NCBI GenBank assembly: GCA_938005475.1
Contig: CALLNY010000031.1
Coordinates: 64,001-128,000, forward strand
Length of the DNA: 64,000 bases
DNA from: an uncultured Bacteroidia bacterium
GTDB lineage: Bacteria > Bacteroidota > Bacteroidia > J057 > CALLMJ01
Reading direction: 5' to 3'
Shown here: positions 19,617 through 29,276 of the stretch, piece by piece
How the letters are laid out: each line of letters starts with the position of its first letter
Numbering within the stretch: position 1 is the first letter of the stretch
Position numbers and translations under genes: made by a program
Notes under the pieces: generated by a model
Told to the model about the DNA's origin: nothing
Database searches by the model: none
Seen by the model: the letters and a program-made list of their open reading frames with translations, nothing else

Positions 19617-20207
19617 TTAACCATGAATAAGTTCAGATTTACCATAGTTCTGAATAATTTTTCCTTCAAATGTAAGAATATCGTTCCAACGTTTTTCTAC
19701 GTCAATTGTTTGCGAGTATTTTCTAGCAAAACCCATGAATAGGGTATAATGATTAGCTTCGCTGACCATAAGTTCATAGTAAAAATCAGCGATTTGGGGG
19801 TCTTTGGAATGGAAGTGTTCGGAAAGTACTTTAAAACGTTCACAACTGCGGGCTTCAATCAATGCCGCTAATAACAGTTTGTTAATCAAATATTCTTCTC
19901 GGCTGTAACCGGATTGAATACAAAAATGAGTTAATTCATTGACGTATTCGTCTTTACGTTCTTTTCCTAGTTGAAAGCCTCTTTTTTGGAGTAGTTGATG
20001 TACTTTGTTGAAGTGCTCAATTTCTTCTTTAACGAGGTCTACCATAGCCTGAACTAGTTCGGTTTTATCGGGGAATTTGGAGATGAGAGAGGTAGCCGTA
20101 GAAGCGGCTTTCAGTTCACAAAAAGCGTGGTCAGTTAAAACTTCGGATAAATTTTTTTCTGCGATATTAGCCCAGCGGGGATCGGTGGGTAATTTTAATT
20201 TGAACAT
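19617..20207 (-). CDS. miaE: tRNA-(ms2io6A)-hydroxylase MiaE-like ferritin-like protein
   Basis: 196 aa. LKLPTDPRWANIAEKNLSEVLTDHAFCELKAASTA matches the MiaE N-terminal diiron-helix region. Confidence 0.55.
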   Translation of the reverse strand: MFKLKLPTDPRWANIAEKNLSEVLTDHAFCELKAASTATSLISKFPDKTELVQAMVDLVKEEIEHFNKVHQLLQKRGFQLGKERKDEYVNELTHFCIQSGYSREEYLINKLLLAALIEARSCERFKVLSEHFHSKDPQIADFYYELMVSEANHYTLFMGFARKYSQTIDVEKRWNDILTFEGKIIQNYGKSELIHG

Positions 20208-20315
20208 AATGCAAAATTATGACTTTTTTAGATTTATTCAGTGCAATAAATCTAAAAATTTTTTGGTTAGATAGACAAAAATATAGATATTTGCGAACTG
20301 AATCAATCGTAAATA

Positions 20316-21296
20316 ATGCGAATAATACAATTTAGAGAGGCTCTTCGGGAAGCTATGCAGGAGGAGATGCGTAGGGATCCTAACGTTTTTTTAATGGGGG
20401 AGGAAGTTGCGGAATACAACGGAGCTTATAAAGTAAGTCAAGGGATGTTGGAGGAGTTTGGTTCGAAAAGGGTCATAGATACGCCGATTTCGGAGTTAGG
20501 TTTTGCAGGGATTGGGGTAGGTGCGGCAATGGCGGGGCTACGTCCTATTATAGAATTTATGACTTTTAATTTTTCTTTGGTGGCTATTGACCAAGTCGTA
20601 AATAGTGCAGCGAAAATGCTTTCTATGAGTGGTGGTCAGTATAATATTCCTATTGTGTTTAGAGGTCCTTCAGGAAATGCTGGACAACTCGGGGCTCAGC
20701 ATTCTCAATGTTTTGAAAATTGGTATGCTAATTGCCCTGGGCTTAAAGTCGTAACCCCTTCTAATCCTTATGACGCTAAAGGATTATTAAAAACTGCTAT
20801 CCGTGATAATGACCCTGTTATCTTTATGGAGTCCGAACTTATGTATGGCAATAAAGGAGAAGTCCCTGAACATGAATATTTAATTCCCATTGGAAAAGCA
20901 GATATTAAAAAGCAAGGCTCTGATGTTACCATTGTTTCTTTCGGTAAAATGGTAAATTTATGTTTGGAGGCTTGCCAAGCATTAGAAAGTGAAGGAATTC
21001 AAGCGGAGATGATTGATTTGATGTCTTTAAGACCTATTGATTACGATACGTTAGTACAGTCTGTAAAGAAGACGAACCGATGCGTAATTGTGGAAGAGTC
21101 ATGGCCATTGGCGGCTATTGCAGGAGAATTGACCTACATGATTCAAAAGCGTGCTTTTGATTATCTTGATGCTCCTATTTTGCGAGTTACAGGTTCGGAT
21201 GTTCCCCTCCCTTATGCCCCCACTTTGATTGAAGCTTATTTGCCTAATGTTAAAAAAATTGTTCATGCTGTTAAGCAAGTAATGTACAGAAATTAA
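20316..21296 (+). CDS. pdhB: alpha-ketoacid (pyruvate) dehydrogenase E1 component beta subunit
   Basis: 326 aa with transketolase-like Pyr and C-terminal domains: ...EEVAEYNGAYKVSQG...VIDTPISE... Confidence 0.8.
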   Translation: MRIIQFREALREAMQEEMRRDPNVFLMGEEVAEYNGAYKVSQGMLEEFGSKRVIDTPISELGFAGIGVGAAMAGLRPIIEFMTFNFSLVAIDQVVNSAAKMLSMSGGQYNIPIVFRGPSGNAGQLGAQHSQCFENWYANCPGLKVVTPSNPYDAKGLLKTAIRDNDPVIFMESELMYGNKGEVPEHEYLIPIGKADIKKQGSDVTIVSFGKMVNLCLEACQALESEGIQAEMIDLMSLRPIDYDTLVQSVKKTNRCVIVEESWPLAAIAGELTYMIQKRAFDYLDAPILRVTGSDVPLPYAPTLIEAYLPNVKKIVHAVKQVMYRN

Positions 21297-21308
21297 TAAA
21301 TAAGTAGA

Positions 21309-21440
21309 ATGGGTGACCTATACCCCAAACTAAAAAATTGGCTCAAAAAAATAAGTATCGCAGGATTTCTGTTTTTTGGGGTTAAAGGGTTAATATGGAT
21401 TGCTATCTTTTTATGGGCTAAATATCAATTGATGGATTGA
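21309..21440 (+). CDS. small predicted membrane protein (43 aa), not in the ORF track
   Basis: ATG at 21309 gives MGDLYPKLKNWLKKISIAGFLFFGVKGLIWIAIFLWAKYQLMD* with one hydrophobic helix. It fills the gap between pdhB and the lipoprotein gene. Confidence 0.3.
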   Translation: MGDLYPKLKNWLKKISIAGFLFFGVKGLIWIAIFLWAKYQLMD

Positions 21441-21466
21441 TTTTGAATTTTTTGTATTTTTGTGTA

Positions 21467-21931
21467 ATGATGAAAGTTTTAGGAATTCTTCTGATGATGG
21501 GTATAATGATAGGTTGTGGTTCTAACGAGCCTGTTTTCCCAATTGTGCCAAAGATAGAATTCCTTTCTATTAGTAAAACAGAAGTCAAAGAATTTGAGGA
21601 TATAGATATAGTGATTAAATATCAAGATGGAGACGGAGATATAGGCAATGAAATTTCCGATAGTTTAAATTATGATTTATTTTTATTAGACCAACGCCCA
21701 GGATTACCGACACCTTTTTACGATGGAATTATTCGTTACAATCTACCGAATTTAACGACAGAAACTCGCAAACCTTCGATACAAGGTACCATTAAAATTA
21801 ATGTACAAGGGTTAGTCCGTTTAAATCCTTTGTTAGCGCGTGAAAATTGTGCTTTTGGTATTTATTTAAAAGACCGTGCGGGGCATCACAGCGATACGGT
21901 TTTTACCCCTAAATTTGTTATTATTCCTTAA
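21467..21931 (+). CDS. hypothetical lipoprotein
   Basis: MMKVLGILLMMGIMIGCGS lipobox-like signal. The ORF-track start at 21437 is TTG. Confidence 0.45.
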   Translation: MMKVLGILLMMGIMIGCGSNEPVFPIVPKIEFLSISKTEVKEFEDIDIVIKYQDGDGDIGNEISDSLNYDLFLLDQRPGLPTPFYDGIIRYNLPNLTTETRKPSIQGTIKINVQGLVRLNPLLARENCAFGIYLKDRAGHHSDTVFTPKFVIIP

Positions 21932-21942
21932 TTGGAATTAGC

Positions 21943-22491
21943 GTGAAAAAGTTACTGATTTTAATAATATCCGTATTATTAACAAGTTGTAACGAAAAAG
22001 ATAAAACAATACCGAGAGATTTTGAGAAGGTTCGTCAGTCTTTACCAGTTCAAGAAGGTAAGAATGTTCGTTATTATTATACCGAGCATACGCTACTGAA
22101 AGCGGTTTTAGAGGCACCGTACTTCCGTGAAATATTAGATACGAATCGTCAAAGCATCGTGTATTTTGATAGTAGTTTCAAGATAATTTTTTTTAATGAA
22201 ATAGGAAAAAAGGAATCCGAATTGACAGCCAATCGTGGAATGTATTATAATCGAAAGGGGTATGCACAAGCCAAAGGTAAAGTTATTGTATTAAATGAAA
22301 AAAATGAAAAATTAGAAACAGAGCAATTGTTTTGGTATAAAAATACTGATAAGTTAAGCACCAATGCCTTTGTAAAAATTACTCGGCAGGATGAAATTTT
22401 ATTTGGGGATTCGTTGGTATCGAATACTTCTTTTACTAATTACAAGATATATAAGCTCAAAGGGAGGATTGCTAATCCCAAAGATTTTTAG
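21943..22491 (+). CDS. OstA/LptC-like periplasmic lipoprotein (hypothetical)
   Basis: GTG start. MKKLLILIISVLLTSC lipobox. About 180 aa, the size and beta-rich character of LptC-like proteins. Weak call. Confidence 0.3.
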   Translation: MKKLLILIISVLLTSCNEKDKTIPRDFEKVRQSLPVQEGKNVRYYYTEHTLLKAVLEAPYFREILDTNRQSIVYFDSSFKIIFFNEIGKKESELTANRGMYYNRKGYAQAKGKVIVLNEKNEKLETEQLFWYKNTDKLSTNAFVKITRQDEILFGDSLVSNTSFTNYKIYKLKGRIANPKDF

Positions 22492-22540
22492 TTAGATAGG
22501 TTATCAAATAAAATCTTTTAATTTTGCGTTTTTATTTTGA

Positions 22541-23782
22541 ATGGAGTTAATTAATAAAAGGTATCAGATTCAAGGATTAGATTTATTAAAACTGTCAGAA
22601 AAATACGGCACACCGGTTTATATTTATGATGCAGAAATTATCCACCGACAAATAGAAAGTTTAAAAAAAAGTTTTGAGGCTGTAAATTTAAAGATAAAAT
22701 ATGCGTGTAAAGCGTTGAACAATATTTCTATTTTGAAGTTGTTCAAGTATTATGGTACTGGTTTAGATACGGTTTCTATTGAGGAAGTACAATTAGGCTT
22801 GATGGCAGGATTTGAGCCTTCCGAGATAATTTATACGCCTAACTGCGTAGATTTTCAAGAAATTAAGCGGGCAGTGGAATTGGGGGTGGTCATTAATATA
22901 GATAACATATCTATTTTAGAGCAATTTGGGCATGAGTATAAAGACAGCGTTCCTTGTTGTATTCGGTTGAATCCGCATATTATGGCAGGGGGTAACTATA
23001 AGATATCTACGGGGCATATTGATTCTAAGTTTGGGATTTCTATTTTGCAGATGCGTCATTTACAAAGAATTATCAAGAATGATAATATTCAAGTGATTGG
23101 TTTGCATATGCATACAGGCTCGGACATTGTGGATATAGAGGTTTTTTTACGTGGAGCGAACATTCTTTTTGAGGTAGCTATGGAATTCCCTAATTTACAG
23201 TTTATTGATTTAGGAAGTGGTTTTAAGGTTCGATATAAAGAAGACGATTTAATTACGGATGTACCCTTACTTGGGGAGAAATTAAGTAAAGTATTTCAAG
23301 ATTTTTGTAAAGAATATGGAAGGGAGTTAGAATTGTGGTTTGAGCCGGGTAAATATTTGGTGAGCGAGAGTGGTTTATTATTGACCAAAGTAAATGTAGT
23401 AAAGACAACACCAGCGACGGTGTTTGCGGGGGTTAATTCGGGTTTAAATCATTTAATACGCCCTATGATGTACGATGCCTATCATGAGATAGTCAATTTA
23501 ACGAATACCGAAGGACCAACAAGGCTTTATACGGTGGTAGGTTATATATGTGAAACGGATACTTTCGGGTGGGACCGTAAAATAGATGAAATCATTGAGA
23601 CGGATATTTTAGCGATTAAGAATGCGGGGGCTTATGGTTTTACTATGTCTTCCCATTATAATGCCCGATTAAGACCTCCTGAAGTACTCATCTATAAAGG
23701 GAAAGATTATCTGATTAGGGAAAGAGAAAAAATTGAAGATTTGCTTCGTAACCAAATAGAATTAGATTTTCATAATTTATGA
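22541..23782 (+). CDS. lysA: diaminopimelate decarboxylase
   Basis: YGTPVYIYDAEIIHRQIESLKKSF...KIKYACKALNN is the type III PLP (alanine racemase-fold) decarboxylase N-terminus. 413 aa. Confidence 0.75.
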   Translation: MELINKRYQIQGLDLLKLSEKYGTPVYIYDAEIIHRQIESLKKSFEAVNLKIKYACKALNNISILKLFKYYGTGLDTVSIEEVQLGLMAGFEPSEIIYTPNCVDFQEIKRAVELGVVINIDNISILEQFGHEYKDSVPCCIRLNPHIMAGGNYKISTGHIDSKFGISILQMRHLQRIIKNDNIQVIGLHMHTGSDIVDIEVFLRGANILFEVAMEFPNLQFIDLGSGFKVRYKEDDLITDVPLLGEKLSKVFQDFCKEYGRELELWFEPGKYLVSESGLLLTKVNVVKTTPATVFAGVNSGLNHLIRPMMYDAYHEIVNLTNTEGPTRLYTVVGYICETDTFGWDRKIDEIIETDILAIKNAGAYGFTMSSHYNARLRPPEVLIYKGKDYLIREREKIEDLLRNQIELDFHNL

Positions 23783-24654
23783 AATTAGTTATTTTCGGTA
23801 AGCTTACACAACGTTCTGATATTAAAGCACTTCAAAATTTTTTTGATTTTCTTGTTCACAAAAATATAACATTTTATATTCACGAGAGTTATTTTAGATT
23901 TCTTAAAAATTTTGTTTTTATAAGTAATCCAATTTTATTCAGTAAAATAGAGGAGGTTATTAGTTGTGATTATTTATTTTGTTTTGGGGGCGACGGTACT
24001 ATTATAGATGCAGTGCATTTTATAGGGAAATATCACTTACCGATTTTGGGGGTGAATGTAGGGAGATTAGGTTTTTTAGCGAATGCTAATTTGTGGGATT
24101 TAGTAAATATAACAGAGCAATTATTACATAATGCGGGAAAGATAGAAGAGCGAACCATGTTAGAGGCTATAACGGAGCCAGATAAAATTCAGGATATAAT
24201 TCCTTATGCTATAAATGAGGTTACTATTCATAAAAGCCAATCTATGGAAATGATTACGTTACATACTTATGTAAATGGAGAGTTTTTGAATTCGTATTGG
24301 TGTGATGGGGTAATGATTTCTACTTCTACGGGTTCTACGGCGTATTCGTTAGCTTGTGGGGGACCTATCATCATGCCTACTTCGGGGGTTTTTGTGATAA
24401 CTCCGATTGCGCCTCATTCCTTAACCGTTAGACCTTTCATCATTCCTAATGATGTGGTAGTTTCTTTTGAGGTGGAGTCGCGTTCAGGAACGGCTTTTCT
24501 GGCTTTAGATAACCGAACGATTGAAATTGATAACTCCGTAAACATTGCTATTAAAAAAGCAAAACATTCTGCAAAGTTCGTATCATTACCAGATAATCAC
24601 TACTTTAAAATACTACGTACACGATTAAACTGGGGTTTAGATGCAAGGAATTAG
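23779..24654 (+). CDS. nadK: NAD+ kinase
   Basis: GGDGTIIDAV motif. 291 aa. Overlaps the lysA stop by 4 nt. Confidence 0.8.
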   Translation: MKLVIFGKLTQRSDIKALQNFFDFLVHKNITFYIHESYFRFLKNFVFISNPILFSKIEEVISCDYLFCFGGDGTIIDAVHFIGKYHLPILGVNVGRLGFLANANLWDLVNITEQLLHNAGKIEERTMLEAITEPDKIQDIIPYAINEVTIHKSQSMEMITLHTYVNGEFLNSYWCDGVMISTSTGSTAYSLACGGPIIMPTSGVFVITPIAPHSLTVRPFIIPNDVVVSFEVESRSGTAFLALDNRTIEIDNSVNIAIKKAKHSAKFVSLPDNHYFKILRTRLNWGLDARN

Positions 24655-24662
24655 TGTGTGAT

Positions 24663-25652
24663 TTAGTCCATAGACTCGTTGATGGTATAGTAATTTTTTT
24701 TAATTTTAGTAAATTCGTCAGCAGATAAATCGGAGAAGAAGTAGTCTATAGGGTCAATAGGTTTAAAATTTTTACGTACTTCGTAATGTAGATGGGGTCC
24801 TTTGACGATGCCCGTTTTTCCTGATTTTGCAATTATTTGTCCTCTTTTCACTTGTGCATATCTCGGGACTAAAATTTTGGATAAGTGGGCGTATTTTGTG
24901 GTATAACCAAACCCATGATTGATAATGATATACAGTCCTGATGCATCATTAGGGTTATTTCCGATTTCCATTATATAACCATCACCTGTTGCCATTACGT
25001 TAGTTCCTTCGTTGGCTTTAAAATCTATGCCTTGATGGTGGGCTTCTTCTTTTCTTATAGGGTGTATACGAGTACCAAAACCGCTAATGATTTCAGAAGG
25101 TATAGGTCTTATAGACGGAATAGCTTTGATTTCTGCTTTTTTTTCTGTTGCTAATTGATAGAGCATAGATTGGTTATTTGTTTGGTCATAAATTTTTTCA
25201 CGTAGTTTTTTGATTTCTTCTTCCAACTTTTCCCAAGAGGCATCTTCTTTTAAGGTCAGGCTATCTATATCGTTGCTGGTAGTATCTTCTTCATAATCAG
25301 AACCTAAAATCAATTTATAAACTACTTTGTTTTTTTCTGTAAGGGTGTCTAAAAGTGTTTTTATTTCTTGGATAGCTTTATGGTTTTTCGCAATTTGAGT
25401 TTGTAATTGTTGATTTTTTTGTTCGATTTCTAATACGGACGAGTCGTTATAGAGTACTAAGAAGAGATAGATAGAAAGTATAGTAACAAAGAGGGTAGTT
25501 ATACCTAATACCCAATACGTTCGCAGATAATAAAGCAAGTTTTTAGGTTCTTTTTTATAGGAGAAAGTTTCTTTATCAAAGTAATAGAATTCTTTATTGT
25601 TTTTAGTTTTCATATTTTTGTAGTTGTAAGGCAATCCAACCGTTCTCATCAA
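24663..25652 (-). CDS. M23 family metallopeptidase (murein endopeptidase-like) with N-terminal TM and coiled coil
   Basis: C-terminal ...HQGIDFKA...GKTGIVKGPHLHYEV... (HxxxD and HxH motifs). Confidence 0.75.
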   Translation of the reverse strand: MMRTVGLPYNYKNMKTKNNKEFYYFDKETFSYKKEPKNLLYYLRTYWVLGITTLFVTILSIYLFLVLYNDSSVLEIEQKNQQLQTQIAKNHKAIQEIKTLLDTLTEKNKVVYKLILGSDYEEDTTSNDIDSLTLKEDASWEKLEEEIKKLREKIYDQTNNQSMLYQLATEKKAEIKAIPSIRPIPSEIISGFGTRIHPIRKEEAHHQGIDFKANEGTNVMATGDGYIMEIGNNPNDASGLYIIINHGFGYTTKYAHLSKILVPRYAQVKRGQIIAKSGKTGIVKGPHLHYEVRKNFKPIDPIDYFFSDLSADEFTKIKKNYYTINESMD

Positions 25653-26439
25653 TTCGTTTTACGAAAGAAAATCCGAGTTGGGAATAACGTTCTAGAATAT
25701 TTTTTTCGTCAAAATCAAAGAATCCACTTAGAAATACTGTTCCATTCGTTTTTAGATGTTTGGAATAAGTTTCTGCGTGGAGTAATAAAATATTTTTTTG
25801 GATGTTAGCGAGTATTGCGTCGAATTTTCCTTGAATGGCGAGGTGGTCTCCGCATATAACTTTTTGTTCGGTTAACTGATTAAGTTTTAGGTTATCCTTT
25901 ATGTTTTCTACGGCCCATTTTTCGATATCAATAAAGGTTACTTTTTTGGCTTTTTTGAGTAGAGAAAAGATACCCAGGATTCCTGTTCCAGCGCCCATGT
26001 CTAAAAGTATTTTGTTTTTGCAGTTCCATTCGTTTAAGAGCTTAATCATCAATTGAGTAGTATGATGATGACCAGTTCCGAAAGACATTTGAGGTTGAAT
26101 TTGTATAGAATAAGGTTGAGAGAAGGTAGGCTTATGATGCGAAGCATAAATTTCACAAATACCATCTATCGTAACCATTGGGAAGTTTTTTTCCCATTCT
26201 TGGTTCCAATTATAGGGGGGGATATTTTCTATTTGGTAGTTATAATTTTTAAGAATGGGGATTAAACTCATTTCAGAGAAGTTTTGGAATTGGAAATAGG
26301 CTTTTAATTGGTTAAGCATTTGTTCAAAACCTTCAGCTCCATGTTCTGATAGTGTATAAATTAAACATTCCTGTTCCTGTTCGGGAACTTGAATCGTTAA
26401 GCAGATATAATTTTCCAATTTATTTAGGGTGTAATTCAA
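25603..26439 (-). CDS. prmA: ribosomal protein L11 methyltransferase
   Basis: ...LLDMGAGTGILGI... SAM-binding motif in a PrmA-like 278-aa protein. Confidence 0.75.
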   Translation of the reverse strand: MNYTLNKLENYICLTIQVPEQEQECLIYTLSEHGAEGFEQMLNQLKAYFQFQNFSEMSLIPILKNYNYQIENIPPYNWNQEWEKNFPMVTIDGICEIYASHHKPTFSQPYSIQIQPQMSFGTGHHHTTQLMIKLLNEWNCKNKILLDMGAGTGILGIFSLLKKAKKVTFIDIEKWAVENIKDNLKLNQLTEQKVICGDHLAIQGKFDAILANIQKNILLLHAETYSKHLKTNGTVFLSGFFDFDEKNILERYSQLGFSFVKRIDENGWIALQLQKYEN

Positions 26440-26815
26440 GTGCTACAAAAGTAGTTTGGTTTTTAATTACGCCTACTTGGGCGGAGTCGTACAGAATAGT
26501 ATCAAAGGGGACGGTGCAGTCCACATACCAAGAACCGGCAGGAATTTTTTTAAAAGATACTAATCCATTATTATCTGTTTTACCGGATGCATAAGGAATT
26601 TTGTTAATAAATTGATTTTCACTGATGTAGATATGTACTAACATGTTAGGTCCTGGTCCGGATATGGGTCTTGTAACCGAAACATCTAGATTTCCTTCGA
26701 AATTGGTAGTATTTTTATCAGGTAGTTCTTCCGATGGGTTACAACTGAAAAGAATTCCTATTATCAAGGATTTGATAGCGAACTTTTTTAACATGAGACA
26801 AGAATTATGTAACAA
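26420..26815 (-). CDS. lipoprotein with carboxypeptidase-regulatory-like (transthyretin-like) domain
   Basis: LIIGILFSC lipobox, then ...TDNNGLVSFKKIPAGSWYV..., resembling a CarbopepD_reg-like fold. Confidence 0.4.
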   Translation of the reverse strand: MLHNSCLMLKKFAIKSLIIGILFSCNPSEELPDKNTTNFEGNLDVSVTRPISGPGPNMLVHIYISENQFINKIPYASGKTDNNGLVSFKKIPAGSWYVDCTVPFDTILYDSAQVGVIKNQTTFVALELHPK

Positions 26816-26828
26816 AATTACAAAGATT

Positions 26829-27290
26829 TTAGTATTTAATACCTATGCTTCTGTAAATAAATCCTAATAACCACATAGGACCAACTAAAAGAAATTTCAA
26901 ATCTTCAAAAAAAGAAGGTTTTTTTCCTTCAATTTTGTGCCCAATAAACTGTCCGACCCATGCAACAAAGAAAATAATTAAACTTATTTGTAGGAGGTAA
27001 TCAGTGTTTTGTGAAAGTAAATAATTTCCATACAACATAGTTCCACCAACGAATAGCATTCCTAATGCTAATGGAACGGATAGTTTTAAGTAAAATATCA
27101 TAGCTCCTATTATCAAGAGGGTACCCAAATTTATCAAAGGATGAACCTGAATGGTAGGCGGTAAAGGAACGCTCCACAGCATGCCCATTAAACTGAACAT
27201 GATTAAAGGAATACATATCCAGTGAATTATTTTATTTATGCTATTCTGATGGCTTTCGCCGTATTTTTCAAACCATTCATGCACAGTCAT
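26829..27290 (-). CDS. DUF962/Mpo1-like membrane protein
   Basis: MTVHEWFEKYGESHQNSINKIIHWICIPLIMFSL... is typical of the DUF962 family. Four TM segments. Confidence 0.5.
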   Translation of the reverse strand: MTVHEWFEKYGESHQNSINKIIHWICIPLIMFSLMGMLWSVPLPPTIQVHPLINLGTLLIIGAMIFYLKLSVPLALGMLFVGGTMLYGNYLLSQNTDYLLQISLIIFFVAWVGQFIGHKIEGKKPSFFEDLKFLLVGPMWLLGFIYRSIGIKY

Positions 27291-27673
27291 AATTTATTAT
27301 TTATTTTGGTTTGCAAATAAAAATAATTTTTCGTGTAATAGCAAGTTTTTTTACAATTTTTATTATATCATGCAGAAATTGATTTTTTAGTCATTTGAAA
27401 ATTTTCGGTAAAATTTATTTTCCGTTTTAAAGTAAACTAAACTGTAAATACTTGTTATAGAATAAGATTATTAGCTTCTTATACTTAATTTATTTATAGA
27501 CAATTAGTTATATTGCATAGCAAAATTTTGTTTAATTATTTTTTCTTTATGAGATTACCAAATTAAAAATGTTCGAGCCATTGTTTTAATAATGGTCTAA
27601 ATAGTTAATTATCTGAAAATCAATATGTTTTTGTTTTATTTGTAAGGTTTCATGAGAATTACCTGTGTGAAGT

Positions 27674-28177
27674 CTATTGTTTATTTTGAACGATTTTTTC
27701 ATGATTTTGTAAAGGTTTTAAATGGATAGCAATATTTTTGAGGGCTAAATTCAGGAGATAACTATTCATATAATCGGGTAACCATTCAATTTGCCACGCT
27801 TCATGGTATTCAATTTCGGAGTAAATTCTATATTGTTCAGTTTTTAAGATTCTTACGGTAATGATTTTGTTGAAGTTAAATTTAGGGATTAGATTTGGTA
27901 GTTCTTGAAAAAGCCCATTCGGAAAAACATTGGTAATCCATAAATCAGGCTTAAAGTCATGAATTAAATTGAGTAAGATACGAAGAATCATAGACACATT
28001 TCGTGGATAAATCCATTGAATAGTCAAATTTTTAAGGAGGGAATCAGGGATTTTTTGGTAGGACGCAATGATTTTAGTTTGATTTTTAGGGTAAAGTTGA
28101 TTTAGGTATTGAGTGATTTTGAAGGTTCAGGGGAGGTGTCCAAGCCCCCCTCCTAAACAATAGATAAGTGTTTTCAT
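27674..28177 (-). pseudogene. glycosyltransferase N-terminal (Alg14/MurG-N-like) fragment interrupted by an in-frame TGA
   Basis: Minus-strand ATG at 28177 gives MKTLIYCLGGGLGHLP-TGA-TFKITQYLNQLYPKNQ...LTIQWIYPRNVS..., in frame with the 117-aa ORF 27674..28027. Single in-frame stop at codon 17. The reading frame is only about 166 codons. Confidence 0.5.
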
Positions 28178-28227
28178 GAAGTATAAGTGCAAAGATAAAA
28201 AAATTTTGCAAATTGGTTGATATAGTA

Positions 28228-28235
28228 TAATTTTG
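28228..28235 (+). promoter_or_regulatory. -7 element TAATTTTG upstream of rpsP
   Basis: Exact TAnnTTTG match 27 nt upstream of the ATG at 28263. The ORF-track start at 28233 is TTG inside this motif. Confidence 0.45.
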
Positions 28236-28262
28236 CGATTTCATAAAGATGTACCCAAAAAT

Positions 28263-28730
28263 ATGGTTAAATTAAGATTAAGAAGGGATGGAAGAACACA
28301 TCGTCCATTTTATCATGTAGTAGTGGCGGATGCTCGTTCTCCAAGAGATGGGCGTTTTATTGAAAAAATTGGATATTATAATCCTATGCAGGAGCCTGCG
28401 GAAGTGGTTTTAGACCATGAATTAGCATTAAAATGGCTGAAACAAGGTGCACAACCTACCGAAACGGTAAGGTCTTTGCTTTCAAAAGAAGGTATCTTAC
28501 TAAAATTTCATTTAATAAAGAAAGGGAAAAGTTCTGAAGAGATTGAAAAAGCATACCAAGAGTGGAAAGTACAAAGTGATGCTAGAAAAGAAAATGCTTT
28601 AAAAGTTTTGAATGAGAAAAAAGCAAAAGTTAAACAAGCGTTATTAGAAAAAGAAAAAGAAAAAAGGGCTAAAATAGAGTCTAGAATTCAATCTAAAAAA
28701 TCAGCATCTGCGGACAACTCTGAAAATTAA
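28263..28730 (+). CDS. rpsP: 30S ribosomal protein S16 with Lys/Glu-rich C-terminal extension
   Basis: [41 protein letters not shown] is the canonical S16 N-terminus. About 70 extra charged C-terminal residues. Confidence 0.9.
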   Translation: MVKLRLRRDGRTHRPFYHVVVADARSPRDGRFIEKIGYYNPMQEPAEVVLDHELALKWLKQGAQPTETVRSLLSKEGILLKFHLIKKGKSSEEIEKAYQEWKVQSDARKENALKVLNEKKAKVKQALLEKEKEKRAKIESRIQSKKSASADNSEN

Positions 28731-29257
28731 TGCCTGAGCGTAGTGATTATTTTTTGGTAGCTTCCATAACTAAAATTCACGGAATCAAAGGAGAGTTCAA
28801 AATTTCCTTTGATTCTGACAATCATTTAAACTATCTAAATAAAGAGTTTTTTTATGTAGAAAAAAATGGACAATTTTTTTCTTTTCATGTAGATTATATT
28901 AGACCCTTTCAGAAATCTTTTATTATTAAGTTTAACGAAATTCAAGATAGGACCTCTGCTGAAGCGTTTTTACATGCAAAATTGTATTTGCCTATATCGG
29001 AGTTACCACAATTAGAAAAAGATACTCAGTTTTATTATCATGAGATTGTATCGGCAACCGTTGTAGATGAGTATTATGGAGAAACGGGTATAGTTAAGGA
29101 AGTAGTCCAGATGCCTGCACAGGATTTGATTGTTATCTTGTATAAAAATAAAGAAATTTTATTACCTATTACTGATGAAACGATTGTAAGATGGGATAGA
29201 AATCAGAAAAATTTGTATACTAAATTTCCTAAGGGGCTTAGAGAGATTTATCTTTGA
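28730..29257 (+). CDS. rimM: ribosome maturation factor RimM
   Basis: ...VASITKIHGIKGEFKI... RimM N-terminal motif. Immediately follows rpsP. Confidence 0.8.
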   Translation: MPERSDYFLVASITKIHGIKGEFKISFDSDNHLNYLNKEFFYVEKNGQFFSFHVDYIRPFQKSFIIKFNEIQDRTSAEAFLHAKLYLPISELPQLEKDTQFYYHEIVSATVVDEYYGETGIVKEVVQMPAQDLIVILYKNKEILLPITDETIVRWDRNQKNLYTKFPKGLREIYL

Positions 29258-29276
29258 TATTTTGAAGGTATTGAAT

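Noticed and set aside
20281-20300. atagatatttgcg upstream of pdhB as a -7 box
   Set aside because: It does not match TAnnTTTG exactly in any register, so I left it uncalled.
28127-28129. In-frame TGA in the glycosyltransferase-like frame as a possible selenocysteine or recoded codon
   Set aside because: TGA clearly terminates other genes in this window, for example at 14346-14348 after a conserved C-terminus. No SECIS-like hairpin follows. A pseudogene is the simpler explanation.
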